A stretch of DNA of 64,000 bases from positions 65,596,001 through 65,660,000 of the forward strand of contig OX597820.1 of the NCBI GenBank assembly GCA_951406725.2. Reading direction: 5' to 3'. Every line of letters begins with the position of its first letter. Positions within the stretch are counted from its first letter, which is position 1. Position numbers and translations under genes: made by a program. This document shows, piece by piece, positions 1 to 13,974 of the stretch. A model generated the notes under the pieces. That model ran no database searches. It was given only the letters and a program-made list of their open reading frames with translations, and was not told the origin of the DNA. The DNA is from Octopus vulgaris. Lineage: Eukaryota.

Positions 1-129
1 TGTGTGTGTGTGTGTATAAATACATGCATACATACATACACTTTTGTATGTGTGGTGGTGCTGTAGTTCCGTGTAGAATATAGTGTATTGTCTTACGATA
101 TGTTTATTCTGTGCATCTGACTGTCATCT

Positions 130-250
130 GAATTCCACGCTCAAAAAGATTGGTCAACCCAAAGCTATAACAAAAGACGCGAGCCTAAGGATCTATGTAA
201 TGGAATCGAACCAGAAGCAATTGGTTACGAAACACACTTCTTACCAGTTC
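130..250 (-). mobile_element. Highly decayed 5' head of SINE family A
   Basis: 'ttggtcaacccaaagctataacaaaagacgc...gaatcgaaccagaagcaattggtt...ttcttacca' aligns loosely with the reverse complement of the head of the full copies at 28632 and 41475. Confidence 0.5.
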
Positions 251-1128
251 TGTCTATACTAATGCCATTAGCTTTCAAAATATTATCAAATGACGATCTC
301 CATAACCTCTGCTGTTCTTAGAATGAGTGCAGATCATTTCACCGCAAAGATATCATTATTTCCGCAATAGAATTAAACATGCAAATGTACATTTACGAAC
401 AAAGTTTTCACCTTCCTGCAATTGTGCAGTAATATAGTCAATTTGGCAAGCAAATTAGCACACATGAATTTAGATGTATTAGCTCTAATATCTAATATAA
501 CAATCTCAACGAATCGTGAGTGAATCTAGAGACGAAAATTATATGCAAAGGAGATTAAATGCATTTCAAATGTAGCAACGACATCTGGAAATAAAATCAA
601 TATTTGGCCAAAGATGTTACGTAAGTTTAGTCGGATGTGACGGCTGGATACCGGCCTAGACCGGCTACCTACCCTGTGATAATTATACATGTCTTCTTGT
701 AGCACCCTCCCTCCAGGAAAATTTGACTAAGAATTCAGGCGTCATCATTATTAATGAGTTATGCTAGTGTCCATGGCTCAGTCCTTTCCTTCTAACTGGA
801 AACTGATAAAAGAAATTAACAGAGTAACAGTATCATCCAGCATTCTCTTTTGAGGGGATGGCTACCTCTCCCTTTTTTGTGAATGGCCATAACTGTAAAT
901 GATCTGCAAGTGGTATTGTTTGATAGAAGCAATATCTTTCTTGTGAAAGAAATGTTAGGCTCTCTGATGCAAACCAGACTAATATCTCATATATCGAAAG
1001 CATACAATGCCTTGTTGATTTGTCTTAGGCCTGACCATGATCAAGCAGCACGGTAATCAAAGACGTTCCAACTGTGACCATGTTATTTTTCTGGTCTTTA
1101 TTAACAAAATATGTAGTACTATATTATG

Positions 1129-1169
<41 letters not shown>

Positions 1170-1249
1170 CCTTTCGTTATGTAAAAAGTTAGCCCGTGAT
1201 CCGAAAGAAATTCGGCTCCTTTTTTAGACACAAATATTAGTCTGTATTT

Positions 1250-1485
1250 GATAGCCGTAGGGAGCATAAAACCGGTTTCCCGGTTTCTATGGCGTATGTA
1301 TTCCTCCCTGGACTGGATGCCGGTTCTTTGCAGTATTACTCATTTCTACCGGCTGAGTGATCTGGAGCAACGTGAAATGAAGTGCTTTACTCAAGAACAC
1401 AAAGCACCGTCCGGTCTAGAAATCGAAACCACAATCTTACGATCATGAATCCAACATCCTGACCACTAAGCCATGCACCTCTACA
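1250..1485 (-). mobile_element. tRNA-derived SINE, family C/D
   Basis: Reverse complement begins gtagaggtgcatggcttagtggtcagg...ggtttcgatttc (Pol III A and B boxes) and ends ...gaaaccgggaaaccgg. Homologous to 23287-23510, 32625-32747 and 44433-44717. Confidence 0.8.
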
Positions 1486-2162
1486 TCCTGCTCGTATTAG
1501 TTTTCTTAATTCCAATATTGTTGTTGTTGTTGCTGATAACGATGATGGTGATTATTCCTTGATCAAGTAGGCTGACAATCAAAAAGAGTCAAACCGCATT
1601 TTCAACACAGTGTACCTAGGACTACACTGTTAAATGCATCATTGTTTTGCTTTTCTTGAAACAATGTATATGGAAATTGACAGAGATTTGGCGTTTATGT
1701 TGGTGTTGTTAGTGATTCTGCGCAGATTCAAAGGAATCCTTATCAAAGATAACTTTTTAAACGTTGAAGCTGCGGCCATCTTATCTTATTCTTTTTTCTG
1801 GACCTATCATATCTTCACCACCCATATTCTGACCCATTTTTAAGATGCAGATTCCATTACTGGAGAACGTTTAAATTTTTCTTCAACACACTCTTCGCTG
1901 TAATGGGTATTTTAGAGTTCTTTACCATCGCAGGAATAGAGAATTTCATCTCCGAAATCTATTGCAATCGCTTCCAACACGCTCTTCGTGCCAATTGTGT
2001 TGACCACAACACCACAAATATGTGTTATATATACAAGTTGTAGCTATAATTCAAACCGCATAATGAAAAAATATACATACCTTGGATACAGAAAGATTAC
2101 TAGCTGTGTTTTAGATTGATTAAATGTAATGTATATGCTTATATGTATTGTGTGTGTGTGTT

Positions 2163-2217
<55 letters not shown>

Positions 2218-2549
2218 ACATATAGACATACACACATAAACAAATACCTACATATATTCATACATACACTCATAGATCCATTCATAAATGCATGCATGTA
2301 TATATACATATGTACACACGCACACACATTGTATGGCTTACGAGACACTCTAAATTTTTTTCCATTTTTCTCATCGATGTTGCCATAACAGTAGAAATTC
2401 AATATACTTTGTAAAATATATCGACCACTCTCGAGAGAAATGCCTCGTAATTATTGGCTTTAAAATGAATGGTATGAAGCAATTGTGTGGATGTTGCTTA
2501 TAAAAATACACAGCAGGAACGGTAAATAGATAAAATATTATTGAATTGT

Positions 2550-2745
2550 TTTCTTTTATTATTTCAGAAACTGGACTATGCCAATACTGGGATACTCCAT
2601 TGAAGGGCTCAGTTATTTAAATCGGTCCCACTAATTTATTTTTAAGATTGGTACCTTTTCTATCGTGTCTTTTGCCGAACTGATAGCTTACGGAGACATA
2701 AACAAACCATGGTCGATTGTCATGCAGTGTGAAAACAAGCATAAA
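2550..2745 (-). mobile_element. Decayed 3' half of SINE family A
   Basis: 'ttctatcgtgtcttttgccgaactgatagcttacggagacataaacaaacca' matches the family A body seen at 10335-10385 and 36998-37050. Confidence 0.6.
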
Positions 2746-3330
2746 CATACATACACACACATATATGCATATATATATGCACTCACACGCACACAAGGTT
2801 AAAAATATACAAAATATATACGGAAAAACAGAGACAGGTGAAAGAATAACAAATAGAATATATTAGTTTGACGTTCAAATAAAATGAAAGGAGTTTTTGA
2901 CGTTTCGAGCCGACGCTCTTCTATACAAAAATTAGGAGAAAATACAAATGAAGAAAGAAAACTATGCAGAGGAAAAACAAAATGCGTTTGAATTAACGGT
3001 TCTACATATTGAAACAACCGGAAGAAAGGAAATTACTGGAGGCTTTTCTGGCAAGGGAGACAACAGTGACTTGGCTAAAGTGTGTGGGCGCAAGCTTGTG
3101 CATCTCAGGGTAATGTGTCTATATGTGTGTGTATGGACAATAGCGTGTGGATGTGCATTCATGGGAGCTCGCGTGTGCAAGCGCTTGTGTGTGTATGCGG
3201 ACAAGTACATGTGTGTGCGTGAAGCGATGTGTGTGTATATGCATGTGAGCAAGTGTGTGTCTCTATTTTCAGTTGCTGTTAATATATGGAGGTGTGTAAA
3301 ATTTAAAATGTGTGTGGATATTAAAACTTT

Positions 3331-3530
3331 GAGCTGGCAGAATCGTTAGCACACCGGCATTTCTTAGCGATATTTCGTCCGTGTTTACGTTCTGAGTTTA
3401 AATTCCGAGGACAATTTTGTCTTTCAACCTTCTGGAGTCGATTAAATAAGTACCAGTTGAGCACTGCAGTCGATGTAATCGGCATAACAGCTCCCCTGAA
3501 ATGGTTAGCCTTGAGCGAAAATTTGAAATC
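3331..3530 (+). mobile_element. SINE family B (tRNA-like head, Nin/Deu-like central domain)
   Basis: gagctggcagaatcgttagc...gttctgagtttaaattcc...gtcgattaaataagtaccag, homologous to 18548-18780. Confidence 0.75.
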
Positions 3531-3854
3531 GGTATGTGTGTGTATATTCTATGTTTTGTGTGTATGTATAAGTGAGTGTCACGGTGCTTGTATGTGTGTG
3601 TTAGGTATCTGACGTATCTGTGTGTTGTATGGCGTGGAATAGAACTGATAAAGGAGGTAGTTACCAGGTGGTGTGGGTTCGTGACTAAACATGCTATTTG
3701 TACGCATGCGAAGGAAGTGAGAGTGTGGTCGCTGGTGTGTGCGTGTATGTAGAGTGGGAAGTAGTGTGTGTGTGTGTGTGTGTGTGTACGTGTTTGTGTG
3801 TATGTGCGTACGTGTTTGTATGTGTACGTGTGTAATTCTTAATGCGTTTTCTAT

Positions 3855-3960
3855 ATTTTGGCACAAGGCTTGCAGCTTTGGAGAGAGGAACATTAGTCGA
3901 TTACATCGACCGTAGTACTTCGGAACTGTGAAAGACAAGCTTGACCCCAGACTGAATTTG
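3855..3960 (-). mobile_element. SINE family B, 3' fragment
   Basis: ttttggcacaaggc...agtcgattacatcgacc is the reverse complement of the family B 3' region. Confidence 0.55.
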
Positions 3961-4202
3961 GTAAATGTTAATAACAACTAGTTTTACAACACAATTTTCA
4001 ATAATCAATAATAGTTGTTATATAACATAATTATTAATAATTAACTATCGTTATTATAACCATATAATATGAATAATAAAAAGCTAGCAATTACATGCGA
4101 ACCATCACATTTACTTTAGCTATAATTTTTGCAGTTTAATGTTATTTTAAAAATTGAGCTCTAAATCTGTGGATATTTCTTTCGTACATAAACATGTTTT
4201 AA

Positions 4203-4203
<1 letters not shown>

Positions 4204-4269
<66 letters not shown>

Positions 4270-4414
4270 AACACACACACACATACACGCGCGCGGGTAT
4301 GTATGTCTATATTTATATATGCATTAACGTATGCATGTGTAAGCATTAGTACATAATATATATACATATATATATACATATGTATATATATGCATGTATA
4401 TATATCTTTGTGTA

Positions 4415-4453
<39 letters not shown>

Positions 4454-4541
4454 ATATATATATATATATATACACATGCAAACATGCATATACGCACATA
4501 CACAAACATAGACATACATATGCATATACATACATGTATAC

Positions 4542-4578
<37 letters not shown>

Positions 4579-4658
4579 GGTGATGCATCAGCATGGCTGC
4601 AGCTCTGAGCTGAAAGTAGAGCGAAAAAAAAATATATATATATACACACACACATACA

Positions 4659-4693
<35 letters not shown>

Positions 4694-4700
4694 GTGTGTG
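4204..4700. repeat. Compound (CA)n/(TA)n/(CATA)n microsatellite
   Basis: Directly visible in the sequence. Confidence 0.95.
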
Positions 4701-5059
4701 TGAGATAATGTACGTGTGTATGTGTTTGCATGTGCATGTGAGTGTGCGTGTGCGTTTCATAATAATCTTAATGATTCTCCAGAAATGGACATTATTCTTA
4801 TGCGTTATGTTATACATTTATTTATGTATATATATTTATTCGGTTGCCCACAATCTGCTTCCATATTGAAACCATTATGCTTGTTTGTGTTGTTATGCTA
4901 TTTTGTTGTTAACGCTGTTATTATTTCTGTTCATTTTATTGTTTAAAAAATAGTTAAAGTTGTTGTTGCTGGTCGTGTTATTGCCGCTACTAATGCGGTT
5001 ATGGCGGTTCTTGCAGTCTTCACATTTAATGTGTTTTTCAGCCAAAAATATATTGGTCT

Positions 5060-5620
5060 AGTTGTTCTTGTCGTCGTCGTCGTTGCAGTTGCTGTTGTTG
5101 TTGTTGTGCTTCATGATATCGTTGTAGTGGTAGTGGTGATGGTGGTGGTGGTGGTGATTGTGGTTGTGGTTGTGGTGGTGGTGGTGGTGGTGGTTTTGGT
5201 GGTGATGTTGCTGGTGCTGGTGATACTGATGATAATGCGAATAGAAGTGGTAGTGGCGGCGTTGTTGTTGATATTGGTGGTGGTGGTAGTGTTGATGATG
5301 ATGATGATGGTGGTATTGGTGGTGGATGTGTTGTTGGGGGTATTGTTGGTGGTATTGTTGGTGGTGTTGGTGGTGGTGGTGGTGGTGGTGGTGGTGGTGG
5401 TGGTGGTGGTTGTGGTAATGTTAATGATGGTTGTATTGGTGGTGGTAGTGGTATTGGGGATGATATTGGTAGTGGTAATGGTATTAGTAGTGGTACAGGC
5501 GGTGGTGGTAGCGGCGGCGGTGGTATTGACGGTGGTAGTGGTGGTGGTGGTGATGGTGCTGGTGGTGCTGGTGGTGGTGCTGCTGCTGCTACCGCTGCTA
5601 CTGCTGCTGTATTATTGTAG
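5060..5620. repeat. Degenerate (GGT/GTT/GAT)n trinucleotide tract
   Basis: Directly visible; it produces the poly-Val and poly-Pro pseudo-ORFs. Confidence 0.95.
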
Positions 5621-5670
5621 TTAAATTTTTCAAGCATTATTTCGTCTAGCTCCCAGAGGGTCGAGATTAC

Positions 5671-5931
5671 AAAGAAGAAGAAGAAGAAGAAGAAGAAGAA
5701 GAAGAAGAAGAAGAAGAAGAAGAAGAAGAAGAAGAAGAAGAAGAAGAAGAAGAAGAAGAAGAAGAAGAAGAAGAAGAAGAAGAAGAAGAAGAAGAAGAAG
5801 AAGAAGAAGAAGAAATAAAAAAGAAGAAGAAAAAGAAGAAGAAGAAAGAAAAAGAAGAAGAAGAAGAAGAAGAAGAAGAAGAAGAAGAAGAAGAAGAAGA
5901 AGAAGAAGAAGAAGGAGGAGGAGGAGGAGGA
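5671..5931. repeat. (GAA)n/(GGA)n polypurine tract of about 260 bp
   Basis: Directly visible; purine-only on the + strand except for one T. Confidence 0.97.
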
Positions 5932-6369
5932 CACCAACAATACCACGTTTTTCCAGAAGACCAGAAGTGATTCTATCAAGGCCCACATTGATGTAAAGAT
6001 CAATTACAGATCACCAAAGGTATAACTAAAAACAAAACGAAACAAAATGCTGAAAGAAAATAAAGGACTTAAGCATAACATAGACTGACTATCGAAAGGC
6101 TTTTGATCTGCGCACAGATCTCGAAAACATTAGCCATGAATACGCTGACACCGATAATAAATAACTGCGTAAAACATGTTAAGAGTTAGTAAAACACTTC
6201 TGCTATTGCAGGCGAGAGAGGGAAGTGTAAAACCGAAATTCATCCCCACTAGAAGAAGAATAGACTTTCTTTCTCGCTTACTCACTCACTCACGCTCACT
6301 CTCTCTCTCTTTCTCATTCTCTCTACCTCTTCTTTTCTTTCTGTGTCTCCCTTTTTCTCTCTTCCCTCC

Positions 6370-6740
6370 TGTCCTGACTGGTGTTGACGCCTTTGACATG
6401 CTAAACAGAACTGAAAGAGGGGTACAAATGATCTTGGAAATTGATAATCTCGAGAGCTGTATGTGGCGAATGATAAACAACTAAAAGCATTACAGTAGAC
6501 AGTACACAGATTTATCAGACAAATGATATGAGATTTGGCTTAGAATATGCACCAAAGTGATCTTGGAGAGAAAATTACAAGAGACGACAAATAATGTATT
6601 CGGTAAAGAAAATGCGATAACAGAATTAGACCAAACAGAGGTGAACAAAAATTTAGAAGTCAATACACGAGACAATGTACAACACACGTAATTGAAAGAA
6701 AAATAAGGAATATTATAGACGTCAGATTAGTTCTTTAAAC
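6370..6740 (+). mobile_element. R4/Dong-like non-LTR retrotransposon, RT-domain remnant
   Basis: Broken translation NDKQLKAL...NDMRFGLEYA...ITELDQ...LKEKI..EYYRR.RLVL resembles R4-clade RT (FGLDKC, EYYRRVRLIL). Contains stops and frameshifts. Confidence 0.65.
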
Positions 6741-6951
6741 ACATCTCTCATTTTCCCCCACCCCATATATATATACATATATATGCACTCACACATAGGT
6801 GAGCGCATAGGTGGAAAACAAGATGGAGAAAATAGTACTCGAATACTAAAGGTAGAGTAATATACTTTTTATTAAAGCTGCAAAATTATCACAGAACTGT
6901 TGTTCAGAGTTTCACGATCTTGTTTGTCGGTTAGTTGTAATAAATATTATG

Positions 6952-7219
<268 letters not shown>

Positions 7220-7254
7220 ATAAAAAAACGAAGCCAAATTCAGTCATACTTCAT

Positions 7255-7700
7255 TCCGCATGGATTGGTATTTATCCTTTTGCTCCAATCGGTATGAAGC
7301 TCAAATTGTATGTTTGGTACTGGATTTTCAGACTTCTTATCATTAATTCATAGATGCCTTGTTTGTCTTAACATTTCTAATGCCTTGTTTGTCTTAACAT
7401 TTCTAGCTACATTGATATGCAGAGGGCAAATAATTTACACAACAGAACATATTTTTTCTCTTATAGTCCTACGCCACAATATCTGGTAGATTGTGCTGTA
7501 ACGTAGTGGCCGTATTGATTTTTAATTCCACCATATTCTGTAGGAGTTTTCATTTTTGTTATCCTGTACGCAGACTGTTCTGGCAACCACATCATGCTTC
7601 ATTTGAAGATAATATCTGGAAGACACTCTCTCATAGTTGGCAATGATGTGGTTAATATATTTAGTCTTGGTCTTGCACAGCCTATGTATAAACAGTACAG
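7255..7700 (-). mobile_element. RLE-type non-LTR retrotransposon, C-terminal remnant (zinc knuckle and endonuclease region)
   Basis: Minus-strand translation RLCKTK..INHII...KHDVVART...LQHNLPDIVA*DYKRK...IICPLHINV...SFIPIGAKG matches the CCHC plus PD-(D/E)xK region of R4/NeSL-type LINEs. Includes a 26-bp tandem duplication at 7354-7405. Confidence 0.6.
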
Positions 7701-8342
7701 TTCATATGAAGACAGCTGGTGTAAGTAAAATAAAGAACTCAAAATATTGAATCAGAGTATCGATATGTTTTATCAAAATCAAGGAGGCCAACAAAATATA
7801 TTTTGTTTAACTTGGGAATAAAACAAAAGAAATCTAGCTGGACTCATTGTTGATGATAAAACAGATGCACTCACACACGCACGTACACACACAAAAAAAA
7901 TGTAGGTGTTAATGTATGTGATGTAACGATGTAAATATCTGTAGAAAAAAAAAAGAAGAAAACGATGAGCCGGTGTTTCGAATAAGGATTTGTTGCGCCC
8001 ATGTGTTTTAGAGAATGACTTGTCCTTCACATCATCGAAAAGCAAATGTAATGAATTGGTGAAAGCTCTGTTGGAAAATCATAACAACGCTACTGTTAAC
8101 AAACAGCGACGACGACGACGATGATGATGATGATGATGATGATAAGGAGGAGGTTGATCATGATAGTGTTGACGATGGTAGTGGTGATGGTGGCAGTGGT
8201 GGTGGTGATGACCACGGTGAAGATTTCAATGGGGCAAAAACCACAAATTTTCCTGATGACATTATGGCCGATTGAAATCGATTCTTAACTCGTGTTAATG
8301 ACTGGTATTTATTTGTTTCCACTTTTGAAAGCACGAATAAAG

Positions 8343-8381
<39 letters not shown>

Positions 8382-8990
8382 AGTATAAAATGAAGATGTA
8401 AGAAAAGAAAAGCTGAAATTGTGAGCTGAACACGAGAGATGAGTTTATGAGGAATGAGAAAGAGGTAGGAATAACCATTGTTTGCAATGCCAGAGAGAAA
8501 GTGAGAGAGAAGGGGGGGTTAAGCTACGTAAATGTTAATATGAGTGGGGGAAAGAGAGAGTGTGGAGGGGGAGAAAGGACGAGCGAAAAACAAATAAGGT
8601 AAACAAGTTTAAAATGTCGTTCAACGAAAGTGAAATTTTAATAAGAAATTACAAAGAAAAACAGAGGAGAATAGAAAAATAAAACCAATAAAAAACCAAT
8701 ATGTCTGACTTAGAGAAGAGATGGAAAAAATGTTGTTTGATCAAATTTGGAAATAGTGACATTTCAATATGGATTCTTTATTGGGTTAAATCTTGTACAA
8801 TCATTGATGTTGTTAATGTTGGTGATGTTGTTGTTGTTATTGTTGTTGTTGTTAATGTTATTGTCGCTATTATTGTTAATGTTACTTTACTGAAAGTTAC
8901 TTTAATGGCGGAATTGCTACGCAATATATTTGCCGTTTGTATTTTTGTATGAATTATTATATATACACATATAAGCACAGATATGTACAA

Positions 8991-9037
<47 letters not shown>

Positions 9038-9487
9038 TTCACTTCACGTTCGCACATAACTTTTTTACTTCCACTACCGCACACTCCCACTCTTGCTTAT
9101 ACATAAATACATATATGTACGTACAACGTACAAACGTACAAAGATACATGATTATGTAAGTACGTACGTGCAAACATACATGCCACAGATACTAGTAAGC
9201 GACACAAACATATACACGCGCACATAAACACATACATACATGCGTACGCACACTGATACAACCACGAGTACCACAGCATACATTTACTCACAGATACATA
9301 CTTTGAAATACATACACATATTCCCATACTGATACGCGCGCACACACACACACACACAAACACACACACTCATATATACTGATACATAACAATGCTTATA
9401 GTGTGTATGATTTATATGTTAATGTAAAGAGGTTCTAAATATGTGTTTACAGAAGTAAGTGTATGTGTATGTCTGAATACATATATA

Positions 9488-9555
<68 letters not shown>

Positions 9556-9644
9556 TATATACATATATATATATATATGTATGTATGAGTATATATGTAT
9601 GTATACAAATATGTGTGTGTATGTATATTTGTGTATGAATGTGC

Positions 9645-9691
<47 letters not shown>

Positions 9692-9717
9692 ATATATATA
9701 TATATATATATATATCC

Positions 9718-9754
<37 letters not shown>

Positions 9755-10225
9755 GATAAGCGTGTGTGTGGGTGTGTGTGTGAGTGTGTGCGTGACTGTG
9801 TCATCATTTCTATGTGAGGAATGAATGCATTTGTGAACGTGAGCATGCGAGCGTATGACAAAGAGGGTGGGGGAGAGAGGGGCAGAGGGAATGAGTGAGA
9901 GGGAGAGAGAGAGAAAGATTGTTCCAGTGATCTTGTCAGTGTGTGCCCGTTTGTGCTTCCATATCAGTGTGGGCATAAGAGTAAGCACATGTAGGTGCTG
10001 GTACGGCCATGTGCTTAATAATACACAAGTATCCGTACTTCAATGTGTGTGTATATATATATATATGATGGCGTCAGTGTAACGATGTGTAATTATAACG
10101 ATATGTATACACATATATATGCCTCTATGCGTGTATATGTGCATATCAATGTTTGTCTGTGTATTTATATGTGTATGTATGTGTGTGACTATGATCGTAT
10201 GTATATTTTTATATTGCAACGAATG

Positions 10226-10790
<565 letters not shown>

Positions 10791-10935
10791 CTGTATAAGC
10801 GTGTATTTGTTTCAGAGTGTGTATGTGTGTCGAGGGTGTTTAATCGTGACAGTGTATTCGCATTTAGGGGTTAACATGACGGTTCCAAAATGCTGAAGTG
10901 TGTATTTGTATATTTATTATATAAATATATAGACG

Positions 10936-11298
10936 AAAGCGTGGCCGCGTAGCTGTGTGGCTGTACTTGGGTAAGTGTCTTCTACTATAGCCTCGGGCCG
11001 ACCAAATCCTTGCGATTGGATTTGGTTAACGAAAACTGAAAGAAGCTTGTCGTATATATATTTGTGTGTGCGTGTATGTGTGTATGTATGTGTGTGTGTG
11101 TCTTTGTGTATGTTTGTACACCACCATCGATTGTCAATCGATGTTGTTGTGTTTACATCTCCGTATTTTGACGGTTCGGTATAAGACACCGATAGAATAA
11201 GTACTATGCTTACAAACAATACGCCTGTTAAGGTATTGCTCCAGCATGGCTACAATCAAATAACTGAAACAAGTAAAGGAATAAAAGCATAAAAGAAT
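10936..11298 (+). mobile_element. SINE family A with a partly deleted head
   Basis: cttgggtaagtgtcttctactatagcctcgggccgacc...ctccagcatggctacaatcaaataactgaaacaag followed by a taaaag-like tail. Confidence 0.9.
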
Positions 11299-11306
11299 AT
11301 AATATA

Positions 11307-12595
11307 TTTGTTTGTCCGTAAAGTTCGTGCTGATTTATAGTAGATTACCTTTCGACTTATTTTAGAACATGGTTGAGTCCATAGAATAGGATTTGACTAC
11401 ACCTACATTTAGAGCATAGTTTAAGCCATCTTTTCGTAGAAGAAGGTTTATGTTCCTTTAAAGTGTGTTAATTCTGTAACCCTTTAAAATGGAAGTTAAA
11501 GAAAGTTCATTTTCGGCACTTGATACTTTTCTTTTTCCGTAAAGGTAAAAATGCCTCACAAGCAACCAAAGAAATATGTGCAGTATACGGTGATGTTTCT
11601 TTATTCGAAAGAACTGTACGGAAGTGGTTCGCAAGATTCCGAGCCGGAGATTGTAGCCTTATTGATAAAGAGCGATCAGGCAGACCATCCACTACACATG
11701 ATGATCAAATCAAGTCATTAATTGAGAATAACCCACATTGCACAACTCGAGAGTTAGCAGAAAGCCTCAACATATCAAAATCCGTCGTTCATGAGCATCT
11801 GGTAATGCTTGAGTACACAAATCGCTACGATGTTTGGGTACCACATGAGTTGAGTGAGAAGAACCTTTTGGATCGCATTTCCATCTGTGATTCGTTTTAT
11901 AAACGGAATGAAAACGCGCCTTTTATATAGTAAAATGTGACAGGTGATGAGAAATAGATTATCTACCGAAATGTCCAGAGAAAGCGATCCTGGAGTAAGC
12001 GACATGAACCACCGTTAGCCACTCTCAAAGCGGGTCTTCACTCTAAAAAAAATCTTGCTTTGTGTTTGGTGGGATTAGAAAGGAATTCCGTACTATGAAC
12101 TTCTCCCAAGTAACCAGACAATTAATTCTGAGAAATACTGCACACAACTGGACGAGTTTATAGCAGCAATTCAAGAGAAACGTCCAGAATTGGCCAACAG
12201 GAAGAGTGATGTTTTCCAACATGATAATGCAAGACCGCACGTTTCTTTGGGAACCAGACAAAAATTTCTGCAAATCGGATGGGATGTGTTACTCCACCTT
12301 CCATATTCACCAGGTATTACTCCTTCCGATTTCCACTTATTCAGGTCTCTGCAGAATAGTCTTAATAGTAAAAATTTCAATTCCTTGGATGACGTAAAAA
12401 GATACCTTGATGAATTCTTTGCCATGAAACCACCTCAATTCTGGGAAGAGGGTATTTTCAAGTTAAAGGAAAGATGGAGACGCATTGTGCAACAAAATGG
12501 TTCATATTTGGTTGATTAAAAAAAATGTAATGGCAAGTATTTATTGACCTTTTTCTTTCCTTTAAAAACGCCACGAACGTTTCCGGACAACCCAA
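11307..12595 (+). mobile_element. Full-length mariner DNA transposon (DD34D, mellifera/Famar1-like), inactive
   Basis: Imperfect TIRs (tttgtttgtccgtaaagttcgtg versus reverse complement ttgggttgtccggaaacgttcgtg), flanking TA at 11305-6 and 12596-7, length about 1.29 kb, with a transposase inside. Confidence 0.95.
11489..12519 (+). pseudogene. Mariner transposase pseudogene
   Basis: HFRHLILFFFRKGKNASQA, WFARFRAG..RSGRP, WVPHEL, VTGDEK*, FQHDNARPH-34aa-D (YSPGITPSDFHLF). Multiple stops and frameshifts. Confidence 0.95.
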
Positions 12596-12869
12596 TACTA
12601 TATGTAAAAATATATTTATGCGTGTTTAAGTATGTGAGTGAAAGAAAGAAAGAAAGAGAAAAGAAAGTAAGAAAAAAGAAAGAAAGAAAGATAGAGGAAA
12701 AGAGATCAGATACATATGGCAGTATGGCGCTGAGTATATCAGACTGTTTATGTGGGTATGTGGCCTTATGTATTTTATTTAGACTCTGAGAGTAAGACAC
12801 AATGTGAGAGAAATTGTATGTATTTATCGCCTAATCAGGATGGGAAACGTAGCGCCTATAATGCAGGAG

Positions 12870-13725
12870 CCAGTTCTGATTTAATTAGACTTGAAGTTCC
12901 AAAATACTGGCAAGACACAATATGTGTACAAATGGTCCTAATACCATGAAACGTGATTCTTAAGTAGGTTTAGGTATGGACTAATTAATTATAAGATAAT
13001 CAACTTGCGTAAATAATTAATTTAATTAGACTTTAAGCTCCAGTAAGGAATTACATTGACTATTACTCCTTAGACACAAGTGATACTTAAATGAAAACTT
13101 AAGAAAAAAAAACGGGTATGGAAAAACAAATTAAGAAGTTTTAATTAGACACTTAATTAGGAATTAATTAGACTTTCAGCTCCAGCGTCAACTTCTTCGC
13201 AGAATTGTTCACTACACCCAACTGAATCTATTCATATCACTTAAGAACTATTTTAGGCATGGATTTCTAATTTAAGAAGCATTTTCTACTAATCACTATA
13301 CACTAATTAAGAGGAAGCATACAGAAACACTTGTTTGTTTTAGTAATTCCCCCCAAATATATCATAACCCACACAGTCCAAGTAAATATCTTCCAGTTGA
13401 CATGGAAGGAAGTCACTTTTAAGAGAAAAATTACTACTTTAAAAATTAATTTTATTCGAATGAACGAAAGTGACATGCATTATATGTTGACGGAAGTCAG
13501 CATCAGTAATGTAGGAAAGATTCCGATGCCATGCAATGGAAAATCAAAATTTTTTCAGTTTAAGGTGTTTTCCATATTCAATAGAGGGGGATATGTTAAT
13601 TAGTCAAAATGCTTCTTAAATTAGAGATCCATACCTATCATTCTTTACATACTATGATTATATTCAGTTTGACGAGCCGAATATTTTTGTGAAAGAATTT
13701 ACACCGGAGCAGAAAGTTTAATTTC
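12870..13725. mobile_element. Foldback-like element with ~125-bp inverted arms and decayed ~145-bp tandem subrepeats
   Basis: 13166-13293 is an imperfect reverse complement of 13599-13723 (for example ggatttctaatttaagaagcatttt / aaaatgcttcttaaattagagatcc). The motif aattagact..agctcc recurs near 12882, 13024 and 13166. Confidence 0.65.
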
Positions 13726-13910
13726 TAGGGGACATGCTCAACTGGTTAAGGTCAAATAATTGACAAGAAAATCTGTGGTATCGAACAGAATATCTGCTGT
13801 AGCCCATCTTTTATACGAAGTTAAAACAATGTAAGCCTACATGATAACATTTACAATCATTTAAGTTAAGAAGCCATGAGAGCCACAGCTTGGTACTGCC
13901 TCAGGGCATC
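13726..13910. mobile_element. Family E non-coding repeat, partial copy
   Basis: ggacatgctcaactggttaaggtcaa...gtactgcctcagggcat followed by (TTA)n; homologous to 16185-16363. Confidence 0.85.
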
Positions 13911-13939
13911 TATTATCGTCATTATTATTATTATTATTA

Positions 13940-13974
<35 letters not shown>

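Noticed and set aside
1030-1720. Possible old dispersed repeat also near 37470, 45060 and 56760
   Set aside because: Similarity is too weak to set boundaries or a class without alignment.
5001-6003. 207-aa poly-Val and 321-aa poly-Phe/Pro ORFs
   Set aside because: They are translations of GGT and GAA trinucleotide tracts, with no domain or splice support.
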